This document shows, piece by piece, positions 1 through 12,986 of a stretch of 64,000 bases of DNA. The notes beneath the pieces were generated by a model, which ran no database searches, was not told the origin of the DNA, and was given only the letters and a program-made list of their open reading frames with translations. The position numbers and the translations under genes are program-made. This DNA comes from Octopus sinensis (Eukaryota), in NCBI RefSeq assembly GCF_006345805.1, contig NC_043004.1, positions 15,376,001-15,440,000 on the forward strand, read 5' to 3'. Numbering within the stretch: position 1 is the stretch's first letter; each line of letters starts with the position of its first letter.

Positions 1-48
<48 letters not shown>

Positions 49-532
49 CAGACAAACTAACACACGCATAGATATGTGTATGAGTCTATCAACAATCACA
101 CACATGTTACTTTTTTTGCGAGGACGCTTGTGTGTGCATGTGTCTCTGTTTCAGTGTGAGGGAGTGTGTGTGCGACTTCATGTGTTTGTGTGTACGCGCG
201 TTTCTCTGTATGTGTCAGCGCACGCGCATATGTGTGTGTGCTTAGTGTTTATTTTATGTACCTCTGTGTGTGTCCGTGCATAGAAATGCGTCAGGATTTT
301 ATAAAACTTCATTATTCTGTTTCTGGGATACTTGTTACTAAACATGTGACAGAATTGCTTCAATATTATATTGGATATTAGCAGTTAAAAACATATGTAA
401 GGCATGCGTTATACGTAAGCAGTTATACACTTTTAACACAAAAGATATTGATATAGCATTGACATATATAATACACATACGCGCGCGCATATACATATGT
501 ACACACATACAGTTATACATACATGCTTATAT

Positions 533-580
<48 letters not shown>

Positions 581-815
581 ATATATATGCATATATGTAT
601 GTATAAAATATACACGTTGATGTGTGTATTAATATATGTTTATATATGTATGTATGCACATGTATATATATACACATATATATAAACGCAAACATATATA
701 TATGTGTGTATATATACATATATATGTATATATATGTATGTATGTATATTATATTATCTCACACACATACACACAATATATGTGCGTGGGTTTACATACA
801 CACACACACCATATA

Positions 816-872
<57 letters not shown>

Positions 873-957
873 TATAATATAATAATATATATTATATATA
901 TATATATTTATATAATTAGGGTTCAGCAAAAAAAATTGCTTACCACACACGGAACTT

Positions 958-997
<40 letters not shown>

Positions 998-1069
998 CGT
1001 GTGTGGTGTGGATATATATATGTGTTTATATATATATATATATATATACGTGTGTGTGTGGATATATGT

Positions 1070-1122
<53 letters not shown>

Positions 1123-1123
1123 C

Positions 1124-1154
<31 letters not shown>

Positions 1155-1200
1155 CATAATATATTATATATATTATATATATTATATATATATATAAACA
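1..1200. repeat. Compound microsatellite field (TAGA)n/(TG)n/(TA)n
   Basis: Direct inspection; ORFs here are YI/CV/HT dipeptide runs. Confidence 0.95.
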
Positions 1201-1379
1201 CATATATATCTATGCATGGAAGAAGCCTGAAGAGAGCCAAAACATCGTAGAAAACTGTGGGAGGAACATAATAACAGAGTGAAAGAGAGGTGAGTAAAAA
1301 AAAGAACGAGAGAGGTGAATGAAATTTGAATGAGAGGGAGAAAGAAAGAGAGAGAGAGATAGGTGAAAAATGTGCTTAC

Positions 1380-1541
1380 CAAGTGTGTGTTGTATATTCC
1401 TTAAAGTGATGTAGAGCAAAAGGACCAACGTGAATTTGGACGTCATGATGCGACGTCGAGTTAGTAAAGCAAGCATGGGAACATACGTAATGAAGGTATC
1501 CTTGTTTTAGCTGCTGCCTTTAGCTTATATGTCACTTTGCC
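1380..1541 (-). CDS. Candidate first coding exon (5' UTR + signal-peptide-like N-terminus) of a secreted/membrane protein gene running off the left edge
   Basis: On the minus strand: acceptor ttttacacAG at 1543-1542; in-frame stop, then ATG at 1476 and 1446; MTSKFTLVLLLYITLRNIQHTL-G; phase-1 donor TTG|GTAAGC after 1380. Unique, non-repeat sequence. Confidence 0.5.
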
Positions 1542-3094
1542 CTGTGTAAAAACCTTTTGCTGTCACCGCCACCAACGCCGCCTCCACCAACCACCACCAT
1601 CAGAACATCCTCCGTCGCAACTATAGTACCAATACCGATACTAACTATTTATTCATTCCAGCCTCCGTCTCCGTCTCCGTCAACGGCACCGCCGCCGCCG
1701 CCAACCTTCGATGACACCACCACCACCACCCAGCACCGACGCAAACAAGAGAAGATGATGACTACAACACGACCGCTAACCAAGAGGCAGGCCCCCCAAA
1801 CACACGCACATGCACACTAGCATAAACACACACTCACACACACACGCACACACACACACACATACAATTTCGCACGCACGCACGCGCGCACACACAAACA
1901 CAGACACAGACACACGCACACACGCACTCACACACGCACACAAGCACGCACGCACGCACGCACTCACTCACGCAACACAATCGCTTGCACGCGCACACAG
2001 ACACACACACGCACTCTCACACCTCCACCACAATAATCACGACCGCTATCACCGCCACCACCGTCACCGGCGTCACATATATATATTTGTATATGTATAA
2101 GTATATATATATATGTGTGTGTGTGTGGTGTGTGTGTGTGTGTGTATATAGTTTCCAGCAATTAAACCAGCACCATCACCAACATAACAACGATCACCGC
2201 TGTCGCCAACACCACCAACACCAACACCAACACCACCACCACCACCACTACTACCACTTCCCCTTCCAATAGTCACTGCTGCTCTTTGCAACTAAGGAAG
2301 CTACTACCTCCAGCGCCGCCGACAAATACTATAAGAAGCACTGGTAAACATTTGTAGCTAGGTTGTCGACATCCCCCCAACACAAGGAAAAGGAACTGTG
2401 AAGAAAAAAAAACAAAAAAAAATCAAAAAAAGAGAGAGAAAAATAAACGGTTGAATTTTCAGAAAAGTAAAAAAAAAAATCAGAGCAACCAACGAACCAC
2501 CGACTAAGATAAACTGGTACCAATATTAATAGGACTAAATAATAATACCAGCACCAGCACCAGCACCAGCAACTACTCGCGTCACCAATAAAAGGACAGC
2601 GTGTAAAATGTATCACAACGTTTTCTCTGTTGTCTGTGGAAAATGAAACGAGACATTGGGGGGCGGGGGTGCTTTATTTACACTCAACTGGTTGTTAATA
2701 CTTCTACAAGAGTTGTAAAGAGTTTTCCCGGAGAAAAAAATAAAAACGGGGGATATTTCATTCGCTGTGGATTAGTTGGACATATAGTGAAGAAAAGATT
2801 GATGGGGAAATGCAAACCGAAGGAAGGAAGGAATGAAGGAACGAACGAACGAACGAACGAACGAGCAAAAGAAAGAAGGAATGTTACGTATTGGAAATGC
2901 AAACACGCGAATTTTGAAAGAATTCAACCAGAGTACAAACTATCACACAAACACAAACACACACACACGCACGCACACATATATATATGTAGATATATAT
3001 ATATTATATATATATATATATATAACTATGTATGTATATATACACACGCACACACGAATGACAACAACTGCCTCAACTAGATATAGAGATGGAT

Positions 3095-3240
<146 letters not shown>

Positions 3241-3679
3241 GGGCACTTACTAAAATGTAAATAAATGGATTATTTTGAAAACAGTAGATATTATTCTGGA
3301 TATACAAGCTAGACGAAAGGCTAAGACATCACTTGAGATATATCGACAGATAGAAGGAAAATCAATAGAAGATATGCATTGAGAAAGGAAATTGGAAGAT
3401 GGACATACTGATGGACTGAGGGGTTGATTGTTAAGTATAGATTAACACATAAGAAAGTGGAAAGTAAGGCTATGATGAAAACAGCCGGAGCATTGGATAG
3501 ATAGATAGTTTGAAAGATAGAATGATGGCTAGTCCGTTGTTAAGTAGATGCATACAATAGTTGATATGTGATTGAAAGAGAGCGAGAGAAATGCAGAGAT
3601 CAATCGATTATTCGATATATAGATAGATAGCTAAATAGTTGGGGGCCAATTTATGGATGAATAGAAAACATCGGACAGG

Positions 3680-3716
<37 letters not shown>

Positions 3717-4029
3717 TATATATATATTATAATAGTATTTATAATAATATATGTATATATATATATATATATTATATAATTTTATACCTACAAAGGTACA
3801 TGTATCTGGTATGAAATGTATAAACAGGTCTTGTAAATGTGTAAGTATGTATGTATGTATGTATTATGTATGTATGTATGTATGTATGTATTTATCCAGA
3901 GGGTGAAAGAGAAACGAAAGTATTGAAATATATTTATAGATAGATAGGCAGACAGACTCACAGATAAATAAATAAATAAATAAATAGATAGATAGATAGA
4001 TAGATAGATAGAGATAGATAGATAGATAT

Positions 4030-4092
<63 letters not shown>

Positions 4093-4539
4093 TAGACAGA
4101 TGAACAGAATTGGTATATATTTCTCCACAAGTTTTCTATTGGGTTAAGGAAATATGTGAACACTTGTTAGCTTCGAAAAATTGCTTATAATTATTTTCGG
4201 TCGTATAGTCACTTGGGGGAAATTTCTTGTTTAATTAAGGGTATTGAACGAAATTGCGTTTTGTTGCTTTAATTATTGAGGTGTTTGCTGAGCTATATAT
4301 GTTTCATATTTTTCCTGCTTTTATCGATTCTTTTGTTATTTTTTCCTTTCTTTTTTGGTTTGTTTTGTTCTTGTTTTGCTGTGTTTGTTTTGTTCGTGAC
4401 GCTGTTATTGTGGTAGTAAGTCTGTGTGAGGTAATATGTTATCAAGCGGTGGTTCTTGTGTGCGGTGTTTCCGTGTGGTTATTGTTATGGGTGTTGTTGT
4501 ATCGTCGATGCCGTTGTGTTGCTGTTGATGAATGATGAA

Positions 4540-5160
4540 TGATGCTGATTATGGTGATTACGGCGATTAGTGTGATTAATACGATGACGACGACGACGAC
4601 GACGATGATAATGATATTGCTGATGATGATTATCCTAATAACGATGCTAATGATGACGATGCTGATGCTGCTGATGATGATGGTGAGGTCGGTGGTGATG
4701 TTGTTTGTTTGAAACTGGTACTGCTGCAGGTGGTGGCACTGCTGCTGGTACTGCCGCGGCTCCCGCCACCGCCGCCGCTGCTGATGTTGATAATCACGCT
4801 GCTGCTGCTGTTGATGATGATGATGTTGGTGTCGGTGGTGGTGTATTTAAATACTACTTCTAACTCTACTACTATTAGAACTACAGCGATTGTTACCACT
4901 AATAATACTACTAATATTACCACTACAACTATCACTACTTCTTCTATAAACCACCACAGCAAGTGATGCTAGTCTTCTTACATTCTGCTACTCCATTGAA
5001 TCGTGATGCAGCTGCTAACTCTGCTGCAGTCGCGCACACTAGTCTTACTACGAACTCAACCACTCCACCAGTAACAACAGCACCAGCAGCAGTAGCAGCA
5101 GCAGCACCAGCAGCAGCAACAACAACAACAGCAACAACAACAAATGCTGGTAATACTGTT
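4540..5160. repeat. Mosaic trinucleotide low-complexity region (GAT/GAC/GCT/GGT/ACT/CAG/CAA)
   Basis: Triplet-periodic blocks with stops in all frames. Confidence 0.8.
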
Positions 5161-5271
5161 GCTAAAGCTTTGTGTGTTTGTGGTGAGACAGATGATGTTC
5201 ACGGAAATGTGGTTGATGCATCAGCTTTTCTGCTAGTAGTGAACTAGCGGACATTGTTTCGGACTAAGGGA

Positions 5272-5310
<39 letters not shown>

Positions 5311-5323
5311 TATATACGTCCTA

Positions 5324-5369
<46 letters not shown>

Positions 5370-5406
5370 TGTCCTACCCATTTCGTGTATCACATATCCT
5401 ATATAT

Positions 5407-5472
<66 letters not shown>

Positions 5473-5919
5473 TGTATACACACGAACAACATACACCCAG
5501 GCATATACATGTCTGTGTAGAGATATATACCAATGCATATGTGCATGCATGAGTATATTTGTGTATGTATGTGTGTGAGTGTGTACGTATGTATATATAT
5601 ACATATATATATGCATATGTATATATAGGAAGTGGAACATATTTAGAGGAAAAAGATATAAAAGCATAGTTATTCATACGTATGATACTCGCGAGCAAGC
5701 GCTTATATATTTATACTTAAGTACACGCGCACACATTTGACATGCTGAATTAATATACATACACTCGTACGAACACATGTGCTTAGATATGTGCGATTAA
5801 GTGTGTGTGTATGTTTGTATGTGCTTGTGATTGTGTGTGTGTGTGCGTGTGCATGTGTGTACAGTCATACACATAGGCACATTCATAGATAAATATATAC
5901 AAGAAAGAAAGAAAAGATG

Positions 5920-5959
<40 letters not shown>

Positions 5960-5960
<1 letters not shown>

Positions 5961-6169
5961 TTATCGCCCACATAGAGGGGACAAACAAGGACAGACAAAC
6001 GGATTAAGATTACATCGACCCCAGTGCGTAACTGGTACTTATTTAATCAACTCCGAAAGGATGAAAGGCGAAGTCGACCTCGGCGGAATTTGATCTCAGA
6101 ACATAACGGCAGACGAAATACCACTAAGCATTTCGCCCGGCGTGCTAACGATTCTGCCAGCTTGCCGCC
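5960..6169 (-). mobile_element. tRNA-derived SINE, family A (central GTCGACTTTGCCTTTCATCCTTTCGGGGTCGATAAA domain, Meta/MESC-like)
   Basis: Same ~220-bp sequence recurs more than ten times in the window; A-box-like AGCTGGCAGAATCG and B-box-like GTTCAAATTCC in better copies. Confidence 0.8.
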
Positions 6170-6183
6170 CTTTATATAAACAC

Positions 6184-6306
6184 TTGCAGCGTGGAAGGTG
6201 TTTATAAGCCATTTAAGAAACACACAAAAACGCTTACATTCACTTCAACATTTAGATTAATTTTTTTTTTCTCTTAAACGGCTTTTAAACACCTTCCATG
6301 CTGCAA
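6184..6306. mobile_element. Small MITE-like element with ~34-bp imperfect terminal inverted repeats
   Basis: ttgcagcgtggaaggtgtttataagccatttaag (6184-6217) is the near reverse complement of 6273-6306. Confidence 0.55.
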
Positions 6307-6369
6307 TTGATTTTGTACCAGCACAACGGTCTCAGATTAGGGCAATTGCTATGCAAGTAACATCTCCGT

Positions 6370-6426
<57 letters not shown>

Positions 6427-6429
6427 GAT

Positions 6430-6464
<35 letters not shown>

Positions 6465-6624
6465 TGGCGAAAAAAGAGAAGGAAAGAGAGAAAGAAAGAA
6501 AGAAATGAAGGAACGAAGGAAGGAAGGAAGGAAGAAAGGAAGAGGAAGTGAGACAGACAGTCTAAGAGTGATGGACACCTATAACCACACACAGATATAT
6601 ATATATATATATATATAGTAGCGA

Positions 6625-6787
6625 AGCACCTTGGGCTAGTGAATTATGTTATAGCCTTAGGCCGACCTAGGACTCGCGAGTGGATTTGGAAGATGGAAAC
6701 TGAAAGTAGACCGTCGTATATCTACCTATATGTTTATAATGTGTGTGTGTAGGTATTCATACATACATACACACACAAACACACACA

Positions 6788-6840
<53 letters not shown>

Positions 6841-7148
6841 AAATAGAAGTTTGAAAACGCATCTATATAAGTTAAATTTTAAATTTCTTGGAGATTTTAC
6901 GTTTCGGTTCTTCTTGAAAAAACGAACCTTATCAAAAATTTTTGAAAGATAAGTATAATAAAAAAAAGTTCATAATTGTTTCATACTAGTTTCAACAGAG
7001 ACCACATGGTGGTGTTTTGTATATATATATCACAATTTCAGCCAATGAATCTAGTCAACACACAAGACAGCCATTATGCTCCCCACCACAAAACACCACC
7101 ATGAGACTAGTATGAAACAATTATGAACATTATTAACTTATTTAACTT

Positions 7149-7180
<32 letters not shown>

Positions 7181-7395
7181 ATAATATATATATATATATC
7201 AATGTATGTTTTCATTTGTACTCGTAACACTGACAGACAATCGGTGCTAATGTGTTTCACTTCCCGTAATGTAGTGCTTCGTGAAAAGTGAACGAGAGAA
7301 TAAGTACCAGGCTGAAAATAATATATTCGACAAAGTCTTCTTCAAGGCGACGTTCCAGCATGACCGCAATCGAATGACTGAAACATTTAAGAGCT
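6625..7395 (+). mobile_element. SINE family B (CORE-like) copy split by an insertion in its internal microsatellite
   Basis: Head (caccttgggc...gaaactgaaag) at 6625-6720 and tail (gaataagtaccaggc...gactgaaac) at 7210-7395. Confidence 0.6.
6841..7128 (-). mobile_element. PLE-type repeat fragment with degenerate hammerhead motif and adjacent inverted repeat
   Basis: Minus 6939-6894: ATTT-TTGATAA-GGTTC...GAACC-GAAACGTA-AAAT; inverted repeat 6968-7020 / 7088-7128. Confidence 0.45.
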
Positions 7396-7417
7396 AAATG
7401 AAAACCAAGAGATACTC

Positions 7418-7813
7418 TTTTACTAGTTCACACGTTTCACTCATTTCCATGTGGCCATGCTGGAGCACCGCCTGTATTCGAAGAAAATCGATCCCGAAAA
7501 TTATTCTTTGTAAGCCTCGTAATTATCGTATCAGTCACTTTTTTGAGAACCACAACATTTCAGTGACATAAACACACCAACATCGGCTGTCATGCGATGG
7601 TTGAGGAACAAGCACAAAGACACACAGACATATATATATATACACACACACGACCGATTTCTTACGGTTCCCATCTACCAAATCCATTCGCGATTCATTG
7701 GTCGGATAAAGGTTATAGTAGAAGACACTTGCCCAAGGTGACAAGCTGTGGTACTGAACATGAAACCATATGATTCGGAAGCATGTTTCTTACCACACAG
7801 CAATGCCGGTGCC
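7418..7813 (-). mobile_element. SINE family B (tRNA head, CORE-like ACCTTGGGCAAGTGTCTTCTACT, internal TA/TG tract)
   Basis: Homologous to 36930-37392 and 61620-62035. Confidence 0.8.
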
Positions 7814-7948
7814 CCTCTCTCTCTCTCTCTGTATGTGTGTGTGTTTGTGTGTCTGTGTGTGTGTGTGTGTGCATGTGTGTATTTGTGTGTGTGTGCATAC
7901 ACACAATATATATATATATATATATATATATGTGGGGGGGTATGTATA

Positions 7949-7998
<50 letters not shown>

Positions 7999-8354
7999 TA
8001 ATGTATATATATATATATAAATGTGTATCAGCTGAGATCCTTCTCGGCCAGCTCAATGATGTTGAAATTACTCGGCAGATACTTATTAAAGTAATTGCTT
8101 AGGCAATACTAATGAAATGAAAATTGCTTCACTGTTTCTAATTTAGGGAACACAGCCGTAACTCTGAGAGGAGGTACCTACCAATAGCCTCAGCTGTAAG
8201 TCTTGACGGTTGTTTTTATTTATCGAGCCCGCACTAGAAATGACAAATTTCAAAACGTTGGTATTTAAACCCTGAACTTAGAGAGCCAGAATAACTATAT
8301 CAAGCCATATTGTTTGACATTCTACTGATTTCCCCAATCTATTAGCCGTTAGCC

Positions 8355-8416
<62 letters not shown>

Positions 8417-8442
8417 TTATTATTATTATTATTATTATTATT

Positions 8443-8993
8443 GAGTGAGAGAGCAGTGCATGCCATCAAAGTGACGCTGGGGTAAAATATACGAAGCCCA
8501 GTATACCGATCATGAATACCTGTCTCTTAAGGTTACACCAGGTACATGCATCACAACCAAATGTGCGCGATATGGTGATCTCATATCAAGATAAACAGCG
8601 CATGACCTTGCAGGTGGGGGCCAGTTACAATTTTCTCCTCGTTGAGTAGCCCATCCCGCTCAAAAGGTCCCTGAATAAGGAAGGATGTTGAACGAAAAAA
8701 CCATGTTTCCAAAGGTGAATTATCCAAACCTATAAGAATTACTTTCAACACACAGCTATGATGCTTCCCCACTACTTCAGCTCGTGATCAGAGATGCACA
8801 TATTGTCAGCCACTAAGGGATATGGTCAACTGGTTACGGTCAAACAACTGACAAGCAAATCTGTGGTATTGAGCAGCAATATTTGCTATAGCCCATTTTT
8901 TATAGCAAGACAAACCAATGTGCATGATAACATTTCCAATCAGCTAAGATCAGAAGCCAAGAGAGCCCCTGCCTGGTACTGCATCAGAGCATT
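8443..8993 (-). mobile_element. ~550-bp SINE-like non-autonomous element (family D) with (AAT)n tail
   Basis: Homologous copies at 19330-19668 and 63407-63965, all abutting AAT/ATT/ATC repeats. Confidence 0.75.
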
Positions 8994-9239
8994 TATTATT
9001 GTTGTTGTTGTTACATTTCATCTGTATCTTTGCTACATTCATTTACCGGGATTCACCCAGCGTCCTGGGAGAGAATGAAGGATAAGAAATGTTACAATAT
9101 GACTGAAAGTTTGGGGAGGGGATGTAGTGAAATATCATCATATAATATAACAAACGTTTAAATGGATAGAGTTCTTCTAAGGATGTTGGCATTACTTGTC
9201 AGCACAATCTTTTGGATTTCTGTGAGACGTGGTTCTCAT

Positions 9240-9600
9240 GGGATATTATCTAGATGATTCTGACATCCCTTTTTTTATCATACTTCGGGCACCTAAATAA
9301 CAATCACGTATTCAGATACTACATCTTTTGTATTTCAATTTCCAGATCCTTATATTTACTCAGTTTGTCAAATTCCTTGTCAGATATATTTTTATCACTG
9401 GGTACACTTACATCTATTTATATACAAGTATTTTATTCCCTGTCATTAATAATTGACTGGCCGATTAGCCTGGATCTTTCTGTCAGTGTTGACTGGAAAA
9501 CCCCAGAGGATAGTGGCATTTTACCTTCGACGACTGGCTCAATTGATGATGTAGCAGTAAGTAGGAGTGCTGAATCTGTAGTACTTACAAATTTTCCAAG
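9240..9600 (-). pseudogene. Decayed LINE C-terminal restriction-like endonuclease domain (R4/Dong/CRE-type)
   Basis: Minus translation ILWGFPVNTDRKIQANRP matches the ILWDFxIQTDRxIxANRPD motif of RLE non-LTR elements; many stops. Confidence 0.7.
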
Positions 9601-9621
9601 GTAGATACTGTCCCATCATCA

Positions 9622-9659
<38 letters not shown>

Positions 9660-9889
9660 CATCATCATCATCATTATTATCTCATTGATAATTGTACTAA
9701 ATTACAATGTTTAGAGTTTAGAATAACCCCAGACTGAAGGTAACGTTTATAGTAAAACACAAATGGTACATACCTATTTATTTGTTATTTGTGTTATTTA
9801 CATAAAAATTACCCTGGGAAAAAAGTGATTACGTTCCTTTCTTCCGTATACACAAGCAAGTCCTAGTGAAGCAAAGCTACAAGCAATCT

Positions 9890-10190
9890 TACATCATCAT
9901 CATCATTGTTCGACCGTGGTTGAGACAATGGAATTTACCATGCTACGCCAGACTTCACGGTCTATCATGGCATTACGGAGGTCCTGTTGCTGAATGCCTG
10001 TATCCCTGGAGATTACACCAGGGTAGGAGAGTGTGGGCCCTCTGGTATTGCGAGTAGATGGCTTCCAGAGGAGAAGAGTAGAAATTACCTCTTTTTCAGC
10101 TCTACAACAATATCCAGCAAACTGGACTCTCTTACCTTTTACAATTGGCTATCATATCTAGCAGGGTTGTGAGTGCTTAGAGGTTGCCAG
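9890..10190 (-). pseudogene. 3' end of RTE/RTE-X LINE
   Basis: Minus translation ...LWKPSTRNTRGPTLSY...DTGIQQQDLRNAMIDREVWRSMVNSIVSTTVEQ* followed by a (TGA)n tail. Confidence 0.7.
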
Positions 10191-10376
10191 TTTGTCTTCC
10201 ATATATATTTGATTCAAGCCTCAAATGAATTTACCGAACTTCGACTCTTCGTTGTGCTTCGCATTATACATTGTTAGCATATTTTGATTCATATTTCACT
10301 TCCATAACATTCGTTTTACACACTGAACAATTTCGATACCTAAAAAAACTCTATAACTGTAAGTAGCGGGAAAATA

Positions 10377-10428
<52 letters not shown>

Positions 10429-11127
10429 TAATATATATTATATTTGTATGACTTTAAAGCCGTTTCATTTAAGATTTATCTCACTGGTATTCCTTTATAA
10501 ATTCAATCCGAAAGAGTCGAACGGCTTTGCTGTATACATTTGGTCGTAATAAAATGATATTTTAAAATTTTAATTGGATTATACTTTCTATGACCTAAAT
10601 AAACAAGAATGATTATAAACCATGCGATTTTACACATCTTCGTTGCTAATATAACTTTACTCAAATAGCCATCTCAAATTCATCGTCGAAAGTACGAGAC
10701 ATACATCTTCTCAACCAAGGGCTTTCTTCCATCGCTGTCAACAACTTGTGTAACTCTTTGCTAGTGAGTATGTGTTTCGTTTGTACATGTTCACTAACAC
10801 TTTTTTGTTTTTATTCCATGTCTTCATACAATGTTCCTATTTCTCAATCCAATTTATTATTTTTCACTTTCACTATTTTGAATATATGTTAAATCAAACT
10901 TTTTTCCGTGTTAGTTTGCGCTGTTTTGTTTTCAATTTCAATCAGTTACTATTCAGATTTGGACTTGCTTCATATTAACTAAACATTCTGAAGAGATAAC
11001 AACACATTACAGCCATTCCGTACATGTCGATTTCATTTAAAATATATTCATTCGACATACACATAGGATAATTGAGTATTTTCTATATAACAGTGGTTAT
11101 CTAGTCTCCACCGGCAGACTTTTGGAT

Positions 11128-11128
11128 G

Positions 11129-11160
<32 letters not shown>

Positions 11161-11287
11161 TGTATGTATGTATGTATGCATGTATGCATGTATGTATGTA
11201 TGTATGTATGTATGTATGTATGTATGTATGTATGTATGTGTGTATGTATGTATGTATGTATGTATGTATGTATGTATGTATGTATGT
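11128..11287. repeat. (TATG)n microsatellite
   Basis: Direct inspection. Confidence 0.95.
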
Positions 11288-11509
11288 AGTATGTAGTACA
11301 TATGTTCGATACATTCTTTCTTACTGGAAACCGAGACAGACCTATGTATTTGAATATAACGTTGATTACTTCTTTCTTAAACGCGTTAAAAGATTCACCA
11401 GTTAGTATACTCTGTACATATAGATATACACACGCGCGCGTAGACACACATACTCTCTCTCTCTCTCGCTCTCACACACACAACACACACATTGACACAC
11501 ACATACATA

Positions 11510-11730
11510 CACAAGGGGTTGGTTAAAAGTTGCTGGCTCGGAGTAAAAGAAAATACAGGATGATCAGTTAAGTCTGGTTTTATTATGCTTCTATTCAACA
11601 TATTCTACTCTGAGATTCATAGACTTACAGCAGCGACCCTTCATCTCCTGTAAACTCAGTAAAACAACTCGGAGGGTTGGGCCTACTAGCACACCCTTAA
11701 AGCCGGGATCTTTTCAGCAGCCCCTCGTAT
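11510..11730. mobile_element. Tc1/mariner-type MITE
   Basis: Right end cttttcagcagcccctcgTA; degenerate left end acaaggggttggttaaaag; mariner-like TACGAGGGG terminus. Confidence 0.55.
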
Positions 11731-11909
11731 ATAAGCAGTCTCATGCACTAGCTGCATATACGTGTGTGCTTGTGTTGCTCAATATGAACACGAATTATTT
11801 CTTATCCTCTCTCACTTGCTCTTTCTCCTCTCTCTCTCTCTTTCTATATTGTGGCTGTGTAGTTTAAAGCTCTCTCCCCAACCACATGAGGCTGAAAGAA
11901 GCCCGTCAT

Positions 11910-11951
<42 letters not shown>

Positions 11952-11955
<4 letters not shown>

Positions 11956-12280
11956 TCAGTGGTTAGAGCGTCGAGCTTACGATCGTGAGGTTGTGAGCTC
12001 GAATCCCGGACCGGGCTGCGTGTTGTGTTCTTGAGCAAGCCACTTTATTTCACGTTGCTCCAGTTCACTCAGCTGTAGAAATGAGTTGCGACGTCTCTGG
12101 TGCCAAGACGTATCGACCTTTGTCTTTCTCTTGGATAACACTGGTGGCGTGGAGAGGGGAGGCTGGTATGCATGGGCGACTGCTGGTCTTCTATAAACAA
12201 CCTTGACCGGACTTGTGTCTAGGAGGGTAACTTTCTAGGTGCAATCTCATGGTCATTCATGACCGAAGGGGGTCTTTACC

Positions 12281-12284
<4 letters not shown>
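11952..12284 (+). mobile_element. tRNA-derived SINE, family C
   Basis: A box TGGCTCAGTGG, B-box-like GCTCGAATCCC, CORE-like ttcttgagcaag...cactcagctgtagaaatgag; inserted in (TA)n. Confidence 0.75.
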
Positions 12285-12315
<31 letters not shown>

Positions 12316-12365
12316 CATACATATATCATATATATACATATATATATTAACATATATATATATAT

Positions 12366-12550
12366 ACCGGAGTAAACACATAAATGTGAAACAAGTGGGA
12401 AAATGAGTACTCAAATACCAGGGGTAGAGTAATATGCTTTATTTGAAAGCAGCAGAAATTCAACAAAACCTGTTACTCGGAGTTTCCCGTTCTCCTTCAT
12501 CGGACAGTTTTGTTTTTTTAACAAAATTTCTGCCGCTTTTAAATAAAGTA
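12366..12550 (-). mobile_element. PLE-type repeat carrying a hammerhead-like motif in an extended hairpin
   Basis: Minus 12507-12470: CTGT-CCGATGA-...-GAAACTC-C-GAGTA-ACAG; flanks 12438-12470 / 12504-12548 are inverted. Confidence 0.5.
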
Positions 12551-12701
12551 TATATTATATATATATATATATAATATCTATATATATATATATATATATA
12601 TAATAAAATAGGGTAAAAACTAATTAATTAATTGGAATAATCATTAATTTCACCAAGTAGATTTCGGCATGTAAAAGCCTCGTTCGAGGAAAGTTTAAGT
12701 A

Positions 12702-12986
12702 ATACTAAGTAATTAAGGGTTTAGCAACGATTTGCCTCACCACACACCGAATTTAGAAATAGCAGTCAAAGAGTTATAACTATTCTTTCTACTAAAAGGG
12801 AGATCTCAGTAAAACCACAGCACTTGAAAGGTAAACACAACAGGCCTGTTTGTGTTTGCCTTTCAAGTGCTGTGGTTTTACTGAGATCTCCCTTTAGTAG
12901 AAAGACTAGTTATAAGTCTTTGACTGCTATTTCTAATTCGGTGTGTGGTGAGGCAAATCGTTGCTAAACCCTTAATTACTTAGTAT
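12702..12986. repeat. ~285-bp spacerless near-perfect palindrome
   Basis: Arms 12702-12844 and 12845-12986 are reverse complements centred on caggcctg, with a few mismatches/indels. Confidence 0.95.

Noticed and set aside
6781-6830. Recurrent single-base defects in dinucleotide runs (acaccaca, tattata, gagaagag; also at 36201, 37151, 49782, 52947)
   Set aside because: The same defect type in unrelated tracts points to sequencing/consensus indel error rather than biology.
11952-12020. tRNA genes (also at 40248)
   Set aside because: No acceptor-stem closure; these are SINE heads continuing into repeat bodies.
12655-12695. GGC..GCC-GAAA hairpin on the minus strand as a hammerhead
   Set aside because: The upstream core reads CGAACGA and stems I and III do not pair.
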